In this document: piece after piece, positions 9,877 through 20,097 of the stretch | Position numbering within the stretch: position 1 is the stretch's first letter | How the letters are laid out: each line of letters starts with the position of its first letter | NCBI GenBank assembly: GCA_963719315.1 | Contig: CAVRBU010000002.1 | Location: 320,001-384,000 of the forward strand | Direction: 5' to 3' | Length of the DNA stretch: 64,000 bases | Origin: an uncultured Planctomycetota bacterium | Lineage (GTDB): Bacteria; Planctomycetota; Planctomycetia; Pirellulales; Lacipirellulaceae | Notes under the pieces: model-generated | What the model was told of the DNA's origin: nothing | The model's input: the letters and a program-made list of their open reading frames with translations, nothing else | The model's database searches: none | Made by a program: the position numbers and the translations under genes

Positions 9877-11244
9877 CTATCCCGGCCGATGGTGTGCCGC
9901 AATCTGCCGGCGCGTCAATTCCTCTTCGTTGACGTAGACTTCGAGAAATCGCGTCAACTTGTGGAAGTCGCTGTCCGGTTCGATGTGGCGGACGACCGTC
10001 ACGAGCGTACTCGGGTCGACCAGTTCCTCGAACGGCACATAACGCAACTGTAACTGGCCGGAGACCGAGACCATGACGCCGTCCAGACCTTTCTCAACCA
10101 ACGCGCGATAACCGCCCACGCCCAATTGGCACCCCAGCATCACATCGAAAGCATGCGGCTTGGCGCACCGCGATTCGTAACCCAACTGCAAGCCGGTGAT
10201 CTTCCGCGACTTCCCGGTTTGAGCTTTGTATTCCTGCGAAATTAGCTCTTTGAAAACGCTGTATAACTGCACGGCTGAGATATTGATATGGCCATGCTCG
10301 TCGCGGTCAATGCCTTCCAAGTGCTTTTCCGGCAATAGCTCGGCCAAGCCTTCGGCGATCACGATGACGCCGTATTCTTTGCCCTCCTTCTCGCGCGTGA
10401 GCATCGTCAGCACTATTCGCTTGATCACCTTGTCAATGTTCATGATCTTGCGCTGGCTGACCTGCCCGGTTGTCGGGTGCTTCACTTCCTCGGTCGACGC
10501 GTAGGCGCCTTCGATATCCTCGACGCTGATCACCAGGCTCGCCTCGCCGGCAATTGCCACGCCATACGCCAGCCAACCCGCGCTGCGGCCCATCGCCTCC
10601 ACAAGAAAATAGGCCCTGTTAGCCTCGGCATCGGCAATCAGATTCCGAACCTCGTTCCCGAGGAAGTCGACTGCCGTGAAGTAACCGAACGTAAAATCGA
10701 TGCCGCGATAATCGTTGTCGATGGTCTTCGGCAAGTGCACGACCGGAATCCGCAGCGCGCCCGGCGGGAGCTTCTCCTGATAAAGCTTGAACTTATTGGC
10801 CGTTTTGAGCGTGTCGTCGCCGCCGATCGAGATCAGTGCATCGACATTGATTGATCGCAGCGCCTCGTAAACCGTCTTAAGAGGCTGTGCACGTTCGGGA
10901 TCGTCCAAATGGGTGGGGTGCGAAATATTTTTGCCAGGGTTCGTGCGGGCCGTGCCCAGAATAATTCCCTGCGAATTCCGCGTCCGCCCCAACATTCGAT
11001 GGCTGACCATTACGTAGTCGCGGCCTTCTACAAGCGGCTTTTCCTGCGAATACTCAACCAAGTGCGAATACCCGTGCAGTACGCCGACGACCTTAATGTC
11101 GTTCCGTAGAAATGCCGTAGCGGCGGTCGAGATTACGGCATTAGCGGCCGGCGCCGGCCCGCCGGCAAACAGAATCGCGACGCGGTGAAAATTGTGTCGC
11201 ATCCGTGGCGGGCCGGCCATCGTTGAAGTCTTGGGGTCGGGCAT
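9877..11244 (-). CDS. pfkA: 6-phosphofructokinase, probably PPi-dependent
   Basis: GGPAP, GTAR, IGGDDT, PKTIDND, EAMGRSAGWL; start uncertain. Confidence 0.9.
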   Translation of the reverse strand: MPDPKTSTMAGPPRMRHNFHRVAILFAGGPAPAANAVISTAATAFLRNDIKVVGVLHGYSHLVEYSQEKPLVEGRDYVMVSHRMLGRTRNSQGIILGTARTNPGKNISHPTHLDDPERAQPLKTVYEALRSINVDALISIGGDDTLKTANKFKLYQEKLPPGALRIPVVHLPKTIDNDYRGIDFTFGYFTAVDFLGNEVRNLIADAEANRAYFLVEAMGRSAGWLAYGVAIAGEASLVISVEDIEGAYASTEEVKHPTTGQVSQRKIMNIDKVIKRIVLTMLTREKEGKEYGVIVIAEGLAELLPEKHLEGIDRDEHGHINISAVQLYSVFKELISQEYKAQTGKSRKITGLQLGYESRCAKPHAFDVMLGCQLGVGGYRALVEKGLDGVMVSVSGQLQLRYVPFEELVDPSTLVTVVRHIEPDSDFHKLTRFLEVYVNEEELTRRQIAAHHRPG

Positions 11245-11333
11245 CGCTGGGCTCCAATTCTGAGGATCGCCTGGACGGTTACGCATTGTACCAAACGGCA
11301 ACGACGGCGACCAAGTCCGCGCTGCCGCGCCGG

Positions 11334-12680
11334 TTACTCGGTTAAAAGTGTCCGCTCGACAAACGTGGTATCAATGCGACCTTCGACAAATGCCGTATGG
11401 CTGAGGATTTCCTGATGGATCGGTATGGTGGTTTGAATTCCGTCCACGCGCAGCTCCGCGAGAGCTCGCTTCATGCAGGCGATCGCTTCGGCTCGGGTTG
11501 GCTGATGCACGATCAACTTGCCGATCATCGAATCATAATATGGGGGAACGATGTAGCCGCTGTGGGCGTGCGAGTCAAAACGCACGCCGAAGCCGCCCGG
11601 AGCGATCAACTGCTCGATTTTGCCGGGCGATGGTTGGAAATTGCGGCGCGGGTTCTCGGCATTGATTCGGCACTCGATCGCCGCGCCTCGCTGTACGATA
11701 TCATTCTGCGACCACGGCAATGCCTCGCCCGCCGCCACGCGGATTTGCCACTTGATCAGATCGATGCCAGTCACCATCTCCGTCACCGGGTGCTCGACCT
11801 GGATCCTCGCGTTGACCTCAATGAAATAGAAGCTACCGCCCTTATCGACGATGAATTCGACGGTCGCGGCGTTGGTGTATTTGGCGGCACGAATGAGACT
11901 GCGGGCCGCATCGCACATGGCAGTCCGAGTTTCTGGCGTGATGCTCGTGCTGGGGCTCTCTTCGATCAGTTTCTGGTGCCGCCGCTGCACGCTGCAATCG
12001 CGCTCGAACAAGTGGACCACGTTGCCGTGATGGTCGGCCAGCACCTGGACTTCCACGTGTCGCGGGTGCTCGATGTATTTCTCGAGGTAAACGTCACCGT
12101 TGCCGAACGCCGCCTCGGCTTCAGCTCGCGCTTGTTGCAACGCCGACTTAAGCGCGAGGTCGTTCGACGCCACACGCATGCCGCGGCCTCCGCCGCCAGC
12201 CACGGCTTTGATCAGCACCGGGAAACCAACTTCGTGTGCAAACCTTAGCGCCTCCTGTTCGTCGGAAATAACCCCTTCGCTCCCGGGCACGACAGGCACA
12301 CCTGTTTGCCGAGACAGGTCGCGGGCTGCGTTTTTGTCGCCTAGCCGAGCCATCGCCTCCGGGCTGGGGCCGATGAAATCGATCTTGCAACTGCGGCAGA
12401 TCTCGTTGAAGTGGGCGTTCTCGGCCAAAAACCCATAGCCCGGATGAATTGCCTGCACGTTGCCGACTTCGGCCGCGCTGATCACGCTGGAAATCTTGAG
12501 GTAGCTATCGGCGGCCTTGGCTGGCCCCACACAGTATGCTTCGTCCGCCAATTCGAGATAGCGCGAGCCCCGATCGCCTTCACTAAAGATTGCCACCGTT
12601 CCCACGCCCAGTTCGCGGCACGCCCGGATGATCCGCAACGCAATTTCACCACGGTTGGCTACGAGAATTCGCTGATACAT
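11334..12680 (-). CDS. accC: Acetyl-CoA carboxylase biotin carboxylase subunit
   Basis: [53 protein letters not shown]. Confidence 0.97.
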   Translation of the reverse strand: MYQRILVANRGEIALRIIRACRELGVGTVAIFSEGDRGSRYLELADEAYCVGPAKAADSYLKISSVISAAEVGNVQAIHPGYGFLAENAHFNEICRSCKIDFIGPSPEAMARLGDKNAARDLSRQTGVPVVPGSEGVISDEQEALRFAHEVGFPVLIKAVAGGGGRGMRVASNDLALKSALQQARAEAEAAFGNGDVYLEKYIEHPRHVEVQVLADHHGNVVHLFERDCSVQRRHQKLIEESPSTSITPETRTAMCDAARSLIRAAKYTNAATVEFIVDKGGSFYFIEVNARIQVEHPVTEMVTGIDLIKWQIRVAAGEALPWSQNDIVQRGAAIECRINAENPRRNFQPSPGKIEQLIAPGGFGVRFDSHAHSGYIVPPYYDSMIGKLIVHQPTRAEAIACMKRALAELRVDGIQTTIPIHQEILSHTAFVEGRIDTTFVERTLLTE

Positions 12681-12685
12681 CGAAA

Positions 12686-12753
12686 GGGTCGAGAGTCGAG
12701 GGCTGAGAGTGGAGGGTTCAGGAAATAGTTGTTCAATCCTCGACTATCAACCG
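12686..12753. repeat. Heptamer-periodic inverted-arm element (GAGTCGA type)
   Basis: GGGTCGA GAGTCGA GGGCTGA GAGTGGA GGGTTCA ... TCAATCC TCGACTA TCAACCG between accB and accC. Confidence 0.7.
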
Positions 12754-12756
12754 TTC

Positions 12757-13249
12757 TCAATCTGGCTCCACGCGGAAGAGTGGTTGGTTGAATTCGATTG
12801 CATCGCCGGGCTTCGCCATGACGGCGGCGATGCGACCGGCGCACTCCGCGGGGATTTCGTTAAAGACCTTCATCGCTTCCACGATGCAGACCGTCGTCTC
12901 CGGTCCAACATGGTCGCCGACTTTGACGAATGGCGGCGATTCCGGGTTGGCGGCCGAGTAAAACGTCCCCACCATCGGGCTGCGGATAAACGTGGCCTTG
13001 CTGTCGTCGGCTGCCGGCTCGGCCGCCTTCCGCTCGCCGCCACCGGAGCCGCTAGGAACCATTCCCGAGGACGTGGACGGCATCGCCGCCATGGTCACGG
13101 TCTCCGGCCCACGACGCAACCGAATCCGCTGATCGTTTTGCCGCAGATCGATCTCAGACAGGTCGTGCTCGTTCATCAGCTCGATGAATTTTCGCACCTT
13201 GCGGAACGTCGAAGACGTCGCCAGGTGTGGGTGCCGGATTCGAGCTCAT
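12757..13249 (-). CDS. accB: Biotin carboxyl carrier protein (apparent 1-nt insertion near 13204)
   Basis: SPMVGTFY and [14 protein letters not shown]-preceded ATG at 13249 reads [15 protein letters not shown] and joins [10 protein letters not shown] after removal of one base. Confidence 0.92.
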
Positions 13250-13311
13250 GCAGGTCTCCGTTATTACGATTCAGTGAACAAGCGTTCGCGGCAACAAGCC
13301 GTTATCAGCGA

Positions 13312-14406
13312 TCAGGATGCTAAGACACAATCGTCGAGTTGCTTTGGAACGTCGGAGAGAACCTCGTGACCGGTGCGGGTCACTAGAACGTCATCCTCGA
13401 TTCTCACACCACCCCACCCCGGTACATAAATTCCCGGCTCGACCGTGACAATCATCCCGGGCCGCAGCTTGGTTTTTTGGCCGACAGCTAGCCGCGGCGC
13501 TTCGTGAATCTCCAAGCCAGTGCCGTGCCCCAAGCCATGCCCGAACTTCTTGCCGAATCCCGCGCGAGTGATAATTCGACGCGCGACGCGGTCAATTTCT
13601 TCACACGTCTTGCCGGGACGGATTGCGTCGATCGCCGCGAGCTGCGCCTTTAGCACAACTCCATAAATCTTTCGCAGTTTGGGCGAAATTTTACCGGTCA
13701 CGATGATACGCGTCAAGTCGCTCATATAGAGCCCGGAGTTCACGCCCCAGTCGATGAGCGTGAAGTCGCCGCCTCCGAGTTTGCATTGTGTTGGGCGCGC
13801 ATGAGGGAGCGCCGCGCGAGGACCGACCGCAACGATCGGCGGAAAGCTGAGAGATTTCGCGCCAAACCGCCGCGCTTGATACTCGATCTCGGCAGCAACT
13901 TCGAGCTCGGTCATGTTGGTCGTGAGGCTGGCGCGAACCACTTCGTAAGCACGCCGCGCTTGTCCGCAAGCCACTCGTGTGGCTTCCACTTCGCTCGCGT
14001 CCTTGACGATGCGCAGCCGCTCCACCAGGTTTTCCGTAACAACGATTTCAATATTGGGTAACTCTTTTGCCAGCGATTGCTGCAGAGAAACAGTGGCCGA
14101 ATTGCCCTCAATGCCGAGCCGATCGACCTTTGCATCCGTAATTGCTTTCGACGAACCACACAACATCGTGACTCCCGGCTCGCGGACCTCGAGCCGCAGG
14201 CCGGGACATTCTTCTCCAAGTTGCGTCGTATAGCGCGGATCGGTAACGAGAATTTCGCCATCGAGCGTGACGAGCAAGTAACTGTCGTCGCCGGTGAAGC
14301 CGGTGAGGTAAGTCACGTTCGTGAAACTTGTGACTAACAGCGCATCTGCCTTGGACTCCTTGATGAGAGATCGAAGCTTCTTGCGACGAGAGACAAACGA
14401 TGACAT
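13312..14406 (-). CDS. Xaa-Pro peptidase, M24 family
   Basis: YLTGFTG, ALPHA, DWG...SDLTR, HGLGHGTGLEIHEAP, TVEPGIY, GVRIEDD. Confidence 0.93.
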   Translation of the reverse strand: MSSFVSRRKKLRSLIKESKADALLVTSFTNVTYLTGFTGDDSYLLVTLDGEILVTDPRYTTQLGEECPGLRLEVREPGVTMLCGSSKAITDAKVDRLGIEGNSATVSLQQSLAKELPNIEIVVTENLVERLRIVKDASEVEATRVACGQARRAYEVVRASLTTNMTELEVAAEIEYQARRFGAKSLSFPPIVAVGPRAALPHARPTQCKLGGGDFTLIDWGVNSGLYMSDLTRIIVTGKISPKLRKIYGVVLKAQLAAIDAIRPGKTCEEIDRVARRIITRAGFGKKFGHGLGHGTGLEIHEAPRLAVGQKTKLRPGMIVTVEPGIYVPGWGGVRIEDDVLVTRTGHEVLSDVPKQLDDCVLAS

Positions 14407-14547
14407 GAAACGTTCCACGCGGACTACTAATTTGCCGGCACTAACGTCCGAAAAGTAATCGAATGACGGATCTTCCACCAAGGCCGTCATCATACTGTGC
14501 CGATAGCAGAAGGCAAAGCGAAGTCAGTTGGACCTAAGCCGTTCACT

Positions 14548-15909
14548 CTAGTCCGGACATCGCTTCCGCCTATTACGATGTCCCAAGGCAATACAAATGG
14601 CCGGCACAAAGCCCAATAAAATGGTGGCCGGCTCAGGAACTGCGTTTCCTCCCGTGAGCCCTAGAAGGGAACTCAAAGCGGCTTCCGAGGCAGAGCCACT
14701 CAACTCATTTCGCCACCTAAAGAAATCATTAATGTCGGTATTGCCGTCGTGCGTCAGGTCACCGTGCGTCCAGGAAGTAATCGACGCCGCACCATCGTTG
14801 CGTCCCCAATTTGCCACGAAGATGGAGACATCGGAATCGTCAACGATGCCGTCCAAGTTCAAATCGCCGACGACCGAATAATCCGCGTGTGCCGTCAAAA
14901 TCGCCGTAATCGAATCATGATAACTTGAAAGGTCGGCGAACGCGGAGGCGTTACCATAAATGGCGTATGCGTTGCCGGTATTGAAATCCTCCTGCGGAAC
15001 GTTTGCCGGACGTGGCAGCGGTCCAGTGTATTTATACGATTGGCCGGCAAAAATGTAATTCGCTATTGAAATCCCGGCAAGTTCCCATTGGCCGTTACGT
15101 TTATGATATACGGCGCTTCCAGAATCTCCGCCAACAATTTGCGCCTCAAAAGGGTTGCTGCTAAATTGATCGAACGTGGTCAAATAGGCGATCGTCCCAT
15201 GGCTTACAACCGTCGTGATGTCTGAGTCGCTGGCGTCAGTTCCTCCGAGAATACTGTCATTGGCAATTCCGTTTGTTCCCCAGCGCTTGTTACCGCCGCC
15301 AATGTGCTTATAGCCACCCATGCAATTCGAACCGCTGCAACTTCCAACTTCCGTCCACGTCGGCGGGTTGGTCGCGGCACTTGTTGTCCAATGGCTCTCC
15401 GCAGAATCCCGAATTTGACCGTAGGATACAAACATCACTTCATCGTTCAATGCCAGCGGTTGTGAAGCGATCGTCAGCGAAGCCAATCCTGGGTCACCAT
15501 TGATGCGATACAGCTGCAAGTCCGCGTTCGGATTCGTCAAATCGGGAACGCTCATCGTGTTCGGCACAATGAAATTCTGATTCGGAATCGGTGTGTACGT
15601 CGGGCCATTGACTACAAACTGAACGGTTGTCAAACCAGTGTGCTTAGCGCTCAAAACCCAGCCATCACCGAGGTAAACGGCGTTAAGAGAAGTCCCAGTG
15701 CGAGCGGCATTCGCCCATCCAGGATCGCCTTCGGTCCAGCCGGGCCCATAAAGCGCCGGACTCATCGATGTATCGGCTGGACTACCGGGAGTAACACCCA
15801 CCAAAACAGCGAACACATGCTGCGGCATGACTAATACTACAGCGACCGACAGTAGTACCGCAGCACTGCCTACTCGCACCCGCAATCTTCGAATACGACT
15901 GTTAACCAT
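14548..15909 (-). CDS. Secreted trypsin-like serine protease with dockerin-like repeat and PEP-CTERM anchor
   Basis: Signal peptide; WVLSAKH (His), DLQLYRI (Asp), GDSGS (Ser); GDLNLDG..D / GDLTHDG..D pair; VPEP-TM-basic tail. Confidence 0.82.
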   Translation of the reverse strand: MVNSRIRRLRVRVGSAAVLLSVAVVLVMPQHVFAVLVGVTPGSPADTSMSPALYGPGWTEGDPGWANAARTGTSLNAVYLGDGWVLSAKHTGLTTVQFVVNGPTYTPIPNQNFIVPNTMSVPDLTNPNADLQLYRINGDPGLASLTIASQPLALNDEVMFVSYGQIRDSAESHWTTSAATNPPTWTEVGSCSGSNCMGGYKHIGGGNKRWGTNGIANDSILGGTDASDSDITTVVSHGTIAYLTTFDQFSSNPFEAQIVGGDSGSAVYHKRNGQWELAGISIANYIFAGQSYKYTGPLPRPANVPQEDFNTGNAYAIYGNASAFADLSSYHDSITAILTAHADYSVVGDLNLDGIVDDSDVSIFVANWGRNDGAASITSWTHGDLTHDGNTDINDFFRWRNELSGSASEAALSSLLGLTGGNAVPEPATILLGFVPAICIALGHRNRRKRCPD

Positions 15910-16006
15910 CGGCTGTGACAAAAGAAGAGCACCCCGTTCCAATTTTCGCGAGTGCCCGTGACGCTGCAATTGCCGGTTCCAGCCGCACTCGCTCTACCGG
16001 TACTTA

Positions 16007-16926
16007 GGACCTATCCCAAAATACGTGAACGGGTGTTATTTCCGTGCGTAGGAAAAGGTGAGGAATGGTTTCCGTTCGAATCTCGTCTTTGCTTGCACGG
16101 AGGTGTACATGCACTGCGATTGGCAGGGCAAATTTGCTTGGATGCCCGAAAAGCTTTGGCGGCAGCTTGAACCCTTGCTGCCGAAGTATCCGCGATCCAC
16201 GAAGGTTGGGCGACCCCGCGCGAATCTGCGCACCGTTGCCAGCGGCATTCTTTATCTGTTGCGCACCGGCTGCCAGTGGAAGGCGCTGCCGCCACAATTT
16301 GGCAGCCCCAGTACCGTTCATCGCTATTTCCAAGAGTGGACTCGCCTGGGTATTTGGCAACGGTTTTGGAAACGGGCGCTGGGGAAGTACGATCAGAAGC
16401 GCGGCATCGCTTGGCGCTGGCAGTCGGTGGACGGCGCGACAACTAAGTCGCCGCTGGGAGGGGAAAAAAACCGGGAAAAACCCCACCGATCGAGGTAAGC
16501 TCGGAGTCAAGCGATCGGTCTTGACCGACGCCCGCGGCGTTCCTCTGGGCGTCGCGATTGACGGCGCCAATGCTCACGACCAACGTCTTCTGCGCGACAC
16601 GCTTCGCTCCATCCCGATTCGACGACCCAGCCGTCGGCGCAAGCAGCACCTGTGTCTCGACAAGGGATACTTTGGCGAACCGTCGACAGCTACGGCGAAT
16701 CGTTTCGGGTACGTGCCTCACATCCGCTGCCGTGGCGAGGAGCAGCGTCGCTGTCGCGCCGGCCACAAAGCTCGACGCTGGGTTGTCGAAGCCGCGCATT
16801 CTTGGACCAACCGCGCCCGCAGGCTCCTGATCCGTTGGGAAAAGAAGGCGGCTAACTATCTTGGGTTCGTTCATCTACAATTCGCCCTCATCGCCTTAAG
16901 GCGATGTGGAATTTTGGGATAGGTCC
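16007..16926 (+). mobile_element. IS5-family insertion sequence (IS427/IS1031-like), 920 bp
   Basis: Perfect 16-bp terminal IR GGACCTATCCCAAAAT (16007-16022 / 16911-16926); TTA on both flanks as 3-bp target duplication. Confidence 0.93.
16109..16922 (+). CDS. IS5-family transposase in two frames joined at a G4A7 run (16460-16470)
   Basis: ORF A: GRPR, LRTGCQWKALP, STVHRYFQEW, VDG; ORF B: NPTDRGKLG, DKGY, RWVVEAAHSW. Start codon uncertain (16109 or 16142). Confidence 0.88.
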
Positions 16927-17128
16927 TTATTTTACCCGGTATTTGAACTAAGGCCATAAGAAATTGACAGAATCGATATTGCGGCCGATCTGCGATCTTA
17001 CCCACTGCCTTCTGGGGTAGAATAGTACCCCAATGGCGTATTAGCAGCCTCGACTCCTAGTTTCCGGCTCAACGCGAACACTTTATCCCCGTTCATGATT
17101 TGGTTTGTCAAAACCGGCATATTCGATT

Positions 17129-17839
17129 ATGCGAGACCCGCCCCAACCATCGAAAACCGGCCTCTTGCTCAGCGGCGGCATCGACAGCGCCGTCCTCCTA
17201 GCCAAGCGTCTCGAATGCGGTTGGCAAGTCATTCCGTTCTATGTGCGGACGGGGTGCGTTTGGCAACAGGAAGAGATGTCGGCCGTGAGGCGGTTTCTGG
17301 CACGAGTCGCCCAGCCAAACTTATTGGATCTCGTTGAGGTCGAGATGCCGTTAGCGGATTTATACGCTCACCATTGGAGCCTTTCCGGCGTGGGCGTGCC
17401 AAACGACCATTCGCCCGCTGAAGCAGTGTTCCTGCCGGGTCGGAATCCGCTATTGCTCATCAAGCCCGCTCTGTGGTGTCAAATGCACGGAATCGGCCAC
17501 CTCGCTCTCGCCACGCTGTCCGGCAATCCGTTCCGCGATGCGACGCCCGAGTTCTTCGCTCGTTTCGAAGGGATGATCGACGAAGCATTAGGCGGAATGG
17601 TGCAAATTGACCGACCTTTCGAGCACACCGCTAAAGGCAGCGTTTTGGAGATGGGACGCGATCTGCCGCTGGAACTTACATTTTCGTGCCTGGCTCCCGT
17701 TGACGGCATCCACTGCGGACGATGCAACAAGTGCGCCGAGCGGCGCCGCGGGTTTCGCGATATCGGCCTCGATGATCGCACTCAATACTTCGCAACGCCC
17801 GAACTCGCGTCGACGCTTGCGACTAACACACGTAGCTGA
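17129..17839 (+). CDS. queC: QueC-family PP-loop protein (7-cyano-7-deazaguanine synthase-like)
   Basis: LLSGGIDS PP-loop, PGRN, TFSC...HCGRCNKCAER zinc site. Confidence 0.82.
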   Translation: MRDPPQPSKTGLLLSGGIDSAVLLAKRLECGWQVIPFYVRTGCVWQQEEMSAVRRFLARVAQPNLLDLVEVEMPLADLYAHHWSLSGVGVPNDHSPAEAVFLPGRNPLLLIKPALWCQMHGIGHLALATLSGNPFRDATPEFFARFEGMIDEALGGMVQIDRPFEHTAKGSVLEMGRDLPLELTFSCLAPVDGIHCGRCNKCAERRRGFRDIGLDDRTQYFATPELASTLATNTRS

Positions 17840-18263
17840 AATCAGCAACGCCGCTTTCAATGCATGCACAGACTGGGCGAAAAAAAGCAGTCCGGGTAGC
17901 TCTTGCAAGCCAACTCCGGACTGCGCCCCCTGGGAATTCGCTACTGATCGCTTGCTGTGCGGTCTCTCGTTGTGCGATCCGTGACAGCGTTTCGCACTGC
18001 CGCCGATCACGAGCAGGCATGTAAGGATATCGGCACGAGACTTCGCAAATCTGTGCCGCTTCTGTCGGTCGTTCGGAACAGTGAATCTGGGAGATTCACG
18101 CCAACTTTCACTCATCAAATTTGACGAATAGGTCGATTTTGAGGGACTAAGGGCAGCAGCCCAGTTTGGGAGCTGCGCGCATTTCGGGCGCAAGCTGGTA
18201 CCGCGACAGAGAACGACTCCGCTAGCGTCAGCCACAATCTGACACGGAAGTGAAAGCACTCAC

Positions 18264-20097
18264 ATGGACGCGAATGGATTGACACATCTGGTATTCGGCC
18301 TGGGAATCGTAGGCGGGGCCCTCGCGGGCTTCAACAAATTGGTGGGTAAGGGTCCCCGCGGCACGCTGTGGATTGTCGCCGCCTGCCTCTTCACATGGTC
18401 TTCGATGCTGCCGATCGCAGTTCGCGATCCAGATAATCTGACTCTTACGCGTGAATGGGTTCTGATCGTTTCCGTGTTGCGCATGTGCGGCTTCGCCGCC
18501 TGCGCGGTCGGCATATTTGATCTCTTTCAACGCCGAACGTCGCGCGAGCGACTCCCGACTGCCGAGCTAATTCTCGCCCAACCGGTCGTTTGGGGTCTCG
18601 CGGTTTGCATTAACTTTTTCGCACTGCTCTATCAAGATGCGATCCAGAGCGCGTTATTGAAGCGGTATTGCGCTGGACATCCGATCGAAATTATCGAGCT
18701 CACGGTGTTTTTCGTGGGCCTCTCCGCCCTCGTGTTGCGCTTCGTCGGTGTCGTCGGTCAATTCCCGTCATTGCGCCTTGCGCCTGCTAGCTCCGGCTCC
18801 CGAGGGCGGAAACACGGTCGCCGATTGCGAGCAGCTTTTGAACCAATTGGAAGAAAATCCTACACTCAGTGAGACTTTTCTTGTTCGCCGACTGCACGAT
18901 GCCCTCGATTTCGTCGGACGTAAGAATTCGGCGGACGCTCTCGAACCGCACCTCCGTCATTTGGAAGAAGTCGAGTCCGTTCGCATCAACGCCGCTTACT
19001 CCATGGTCCGGATCATCATCTGGGCCATCCCGATTCTAGGACTGTTGGGCACCGTCATCGGCATTACGATCGCCGTGGCAAACTTGAACCCCGAGACTCT
19101 GGAAGAATCGATGACGAAGGTCACGCACGGCCTAGGCGTCGCCTTCGATCACACGGCCACTGCCCTCTCGCTCACAATGCTGCTGATGTTTACCAAGGCC
19201 GCAGTAGAGCGGTTGGAAGACATCCTGCTTGCCCGCGTCGATGAGCGCGTGTCACACGAATTAGTAGGTCGATTCCAACAGACCGCCACGAACGACGATC
19301 CCAACGTCGAAGCGATCCGCCGAATGACGAAGCAAGTCGTCGAAGCCATCGAATCGCTTGCGGGCCGGCAAGCCGACATCTGGAAGTCAACAATAGATGG
19401 CGCTCATCAGCAATGGGCCGAGGTGAGCATTGGCGCCGCGCGGACCCTGCGCGAATCGTTTGCCAGCGCAGTCTATAGTGGCATTGAAAAGCACTCGCAG
19501 GCCATCAACGAAGGTGCCGGCGAGCACATTGAGCGCCTCGTCGCAAGCGCCACCAAGCACTCCGAGATGCTCGATCGGAGCGCCCAGCAAACAACCGATC
19601 GACTGCGCGAAGGCCTAGAGAAGCTGGCCGAGCTACTCATCGAGTCACTCGAACGGCACGGCGAGGTCATGACTACCAGCGAAAAGGAACTGGCCGCCGA
19701 GAATCGCCAACACCTCTCCGAAGTCGAAATGGCCCTCGGCATTGCCATGGCCGGAGCGGCGGAACGGCAAGAGCGACTGATCAAACAAAGCGAACACCTG
19801 CTTAAGGAAATGCAAATCGCACTCGTTGAAGCCGCGGGCGCGACCGTCGAGCAGCAGGAGCAATTGATTCGCCAAGGCGACGTGCTGCTAAAGGTCGTTG
19901 ATGCAACGGGCCAAATTACCCGGCTCGAAGAGTCGCTCACACAGAACCTGAGCGCCGTCCAGAAAGCACACAACTTCGAAGACATGGCCCTCAATCTGTC
20001 GGCAGCGATTCAAATGCTGAGTGCCCGCTTAGGGCACCCGATTGGCATTCGATCGAGGGAGGTCGCTGGCGGTGACGCTGCCAGCCAAGCTGCATGA
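18264..20097 (+). CDS. MotA/TolQ/ExbB proton-channel family protein with long helical C-terminal tail (apparent 1-nt insertion near 18779)
   Basis: IWAIPILGLLGTVIGIT...GLGVAFDHTA channel signature; ORFs 18264-18872 and 18748-20097 join after removing one T. Confidence 0.85.
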
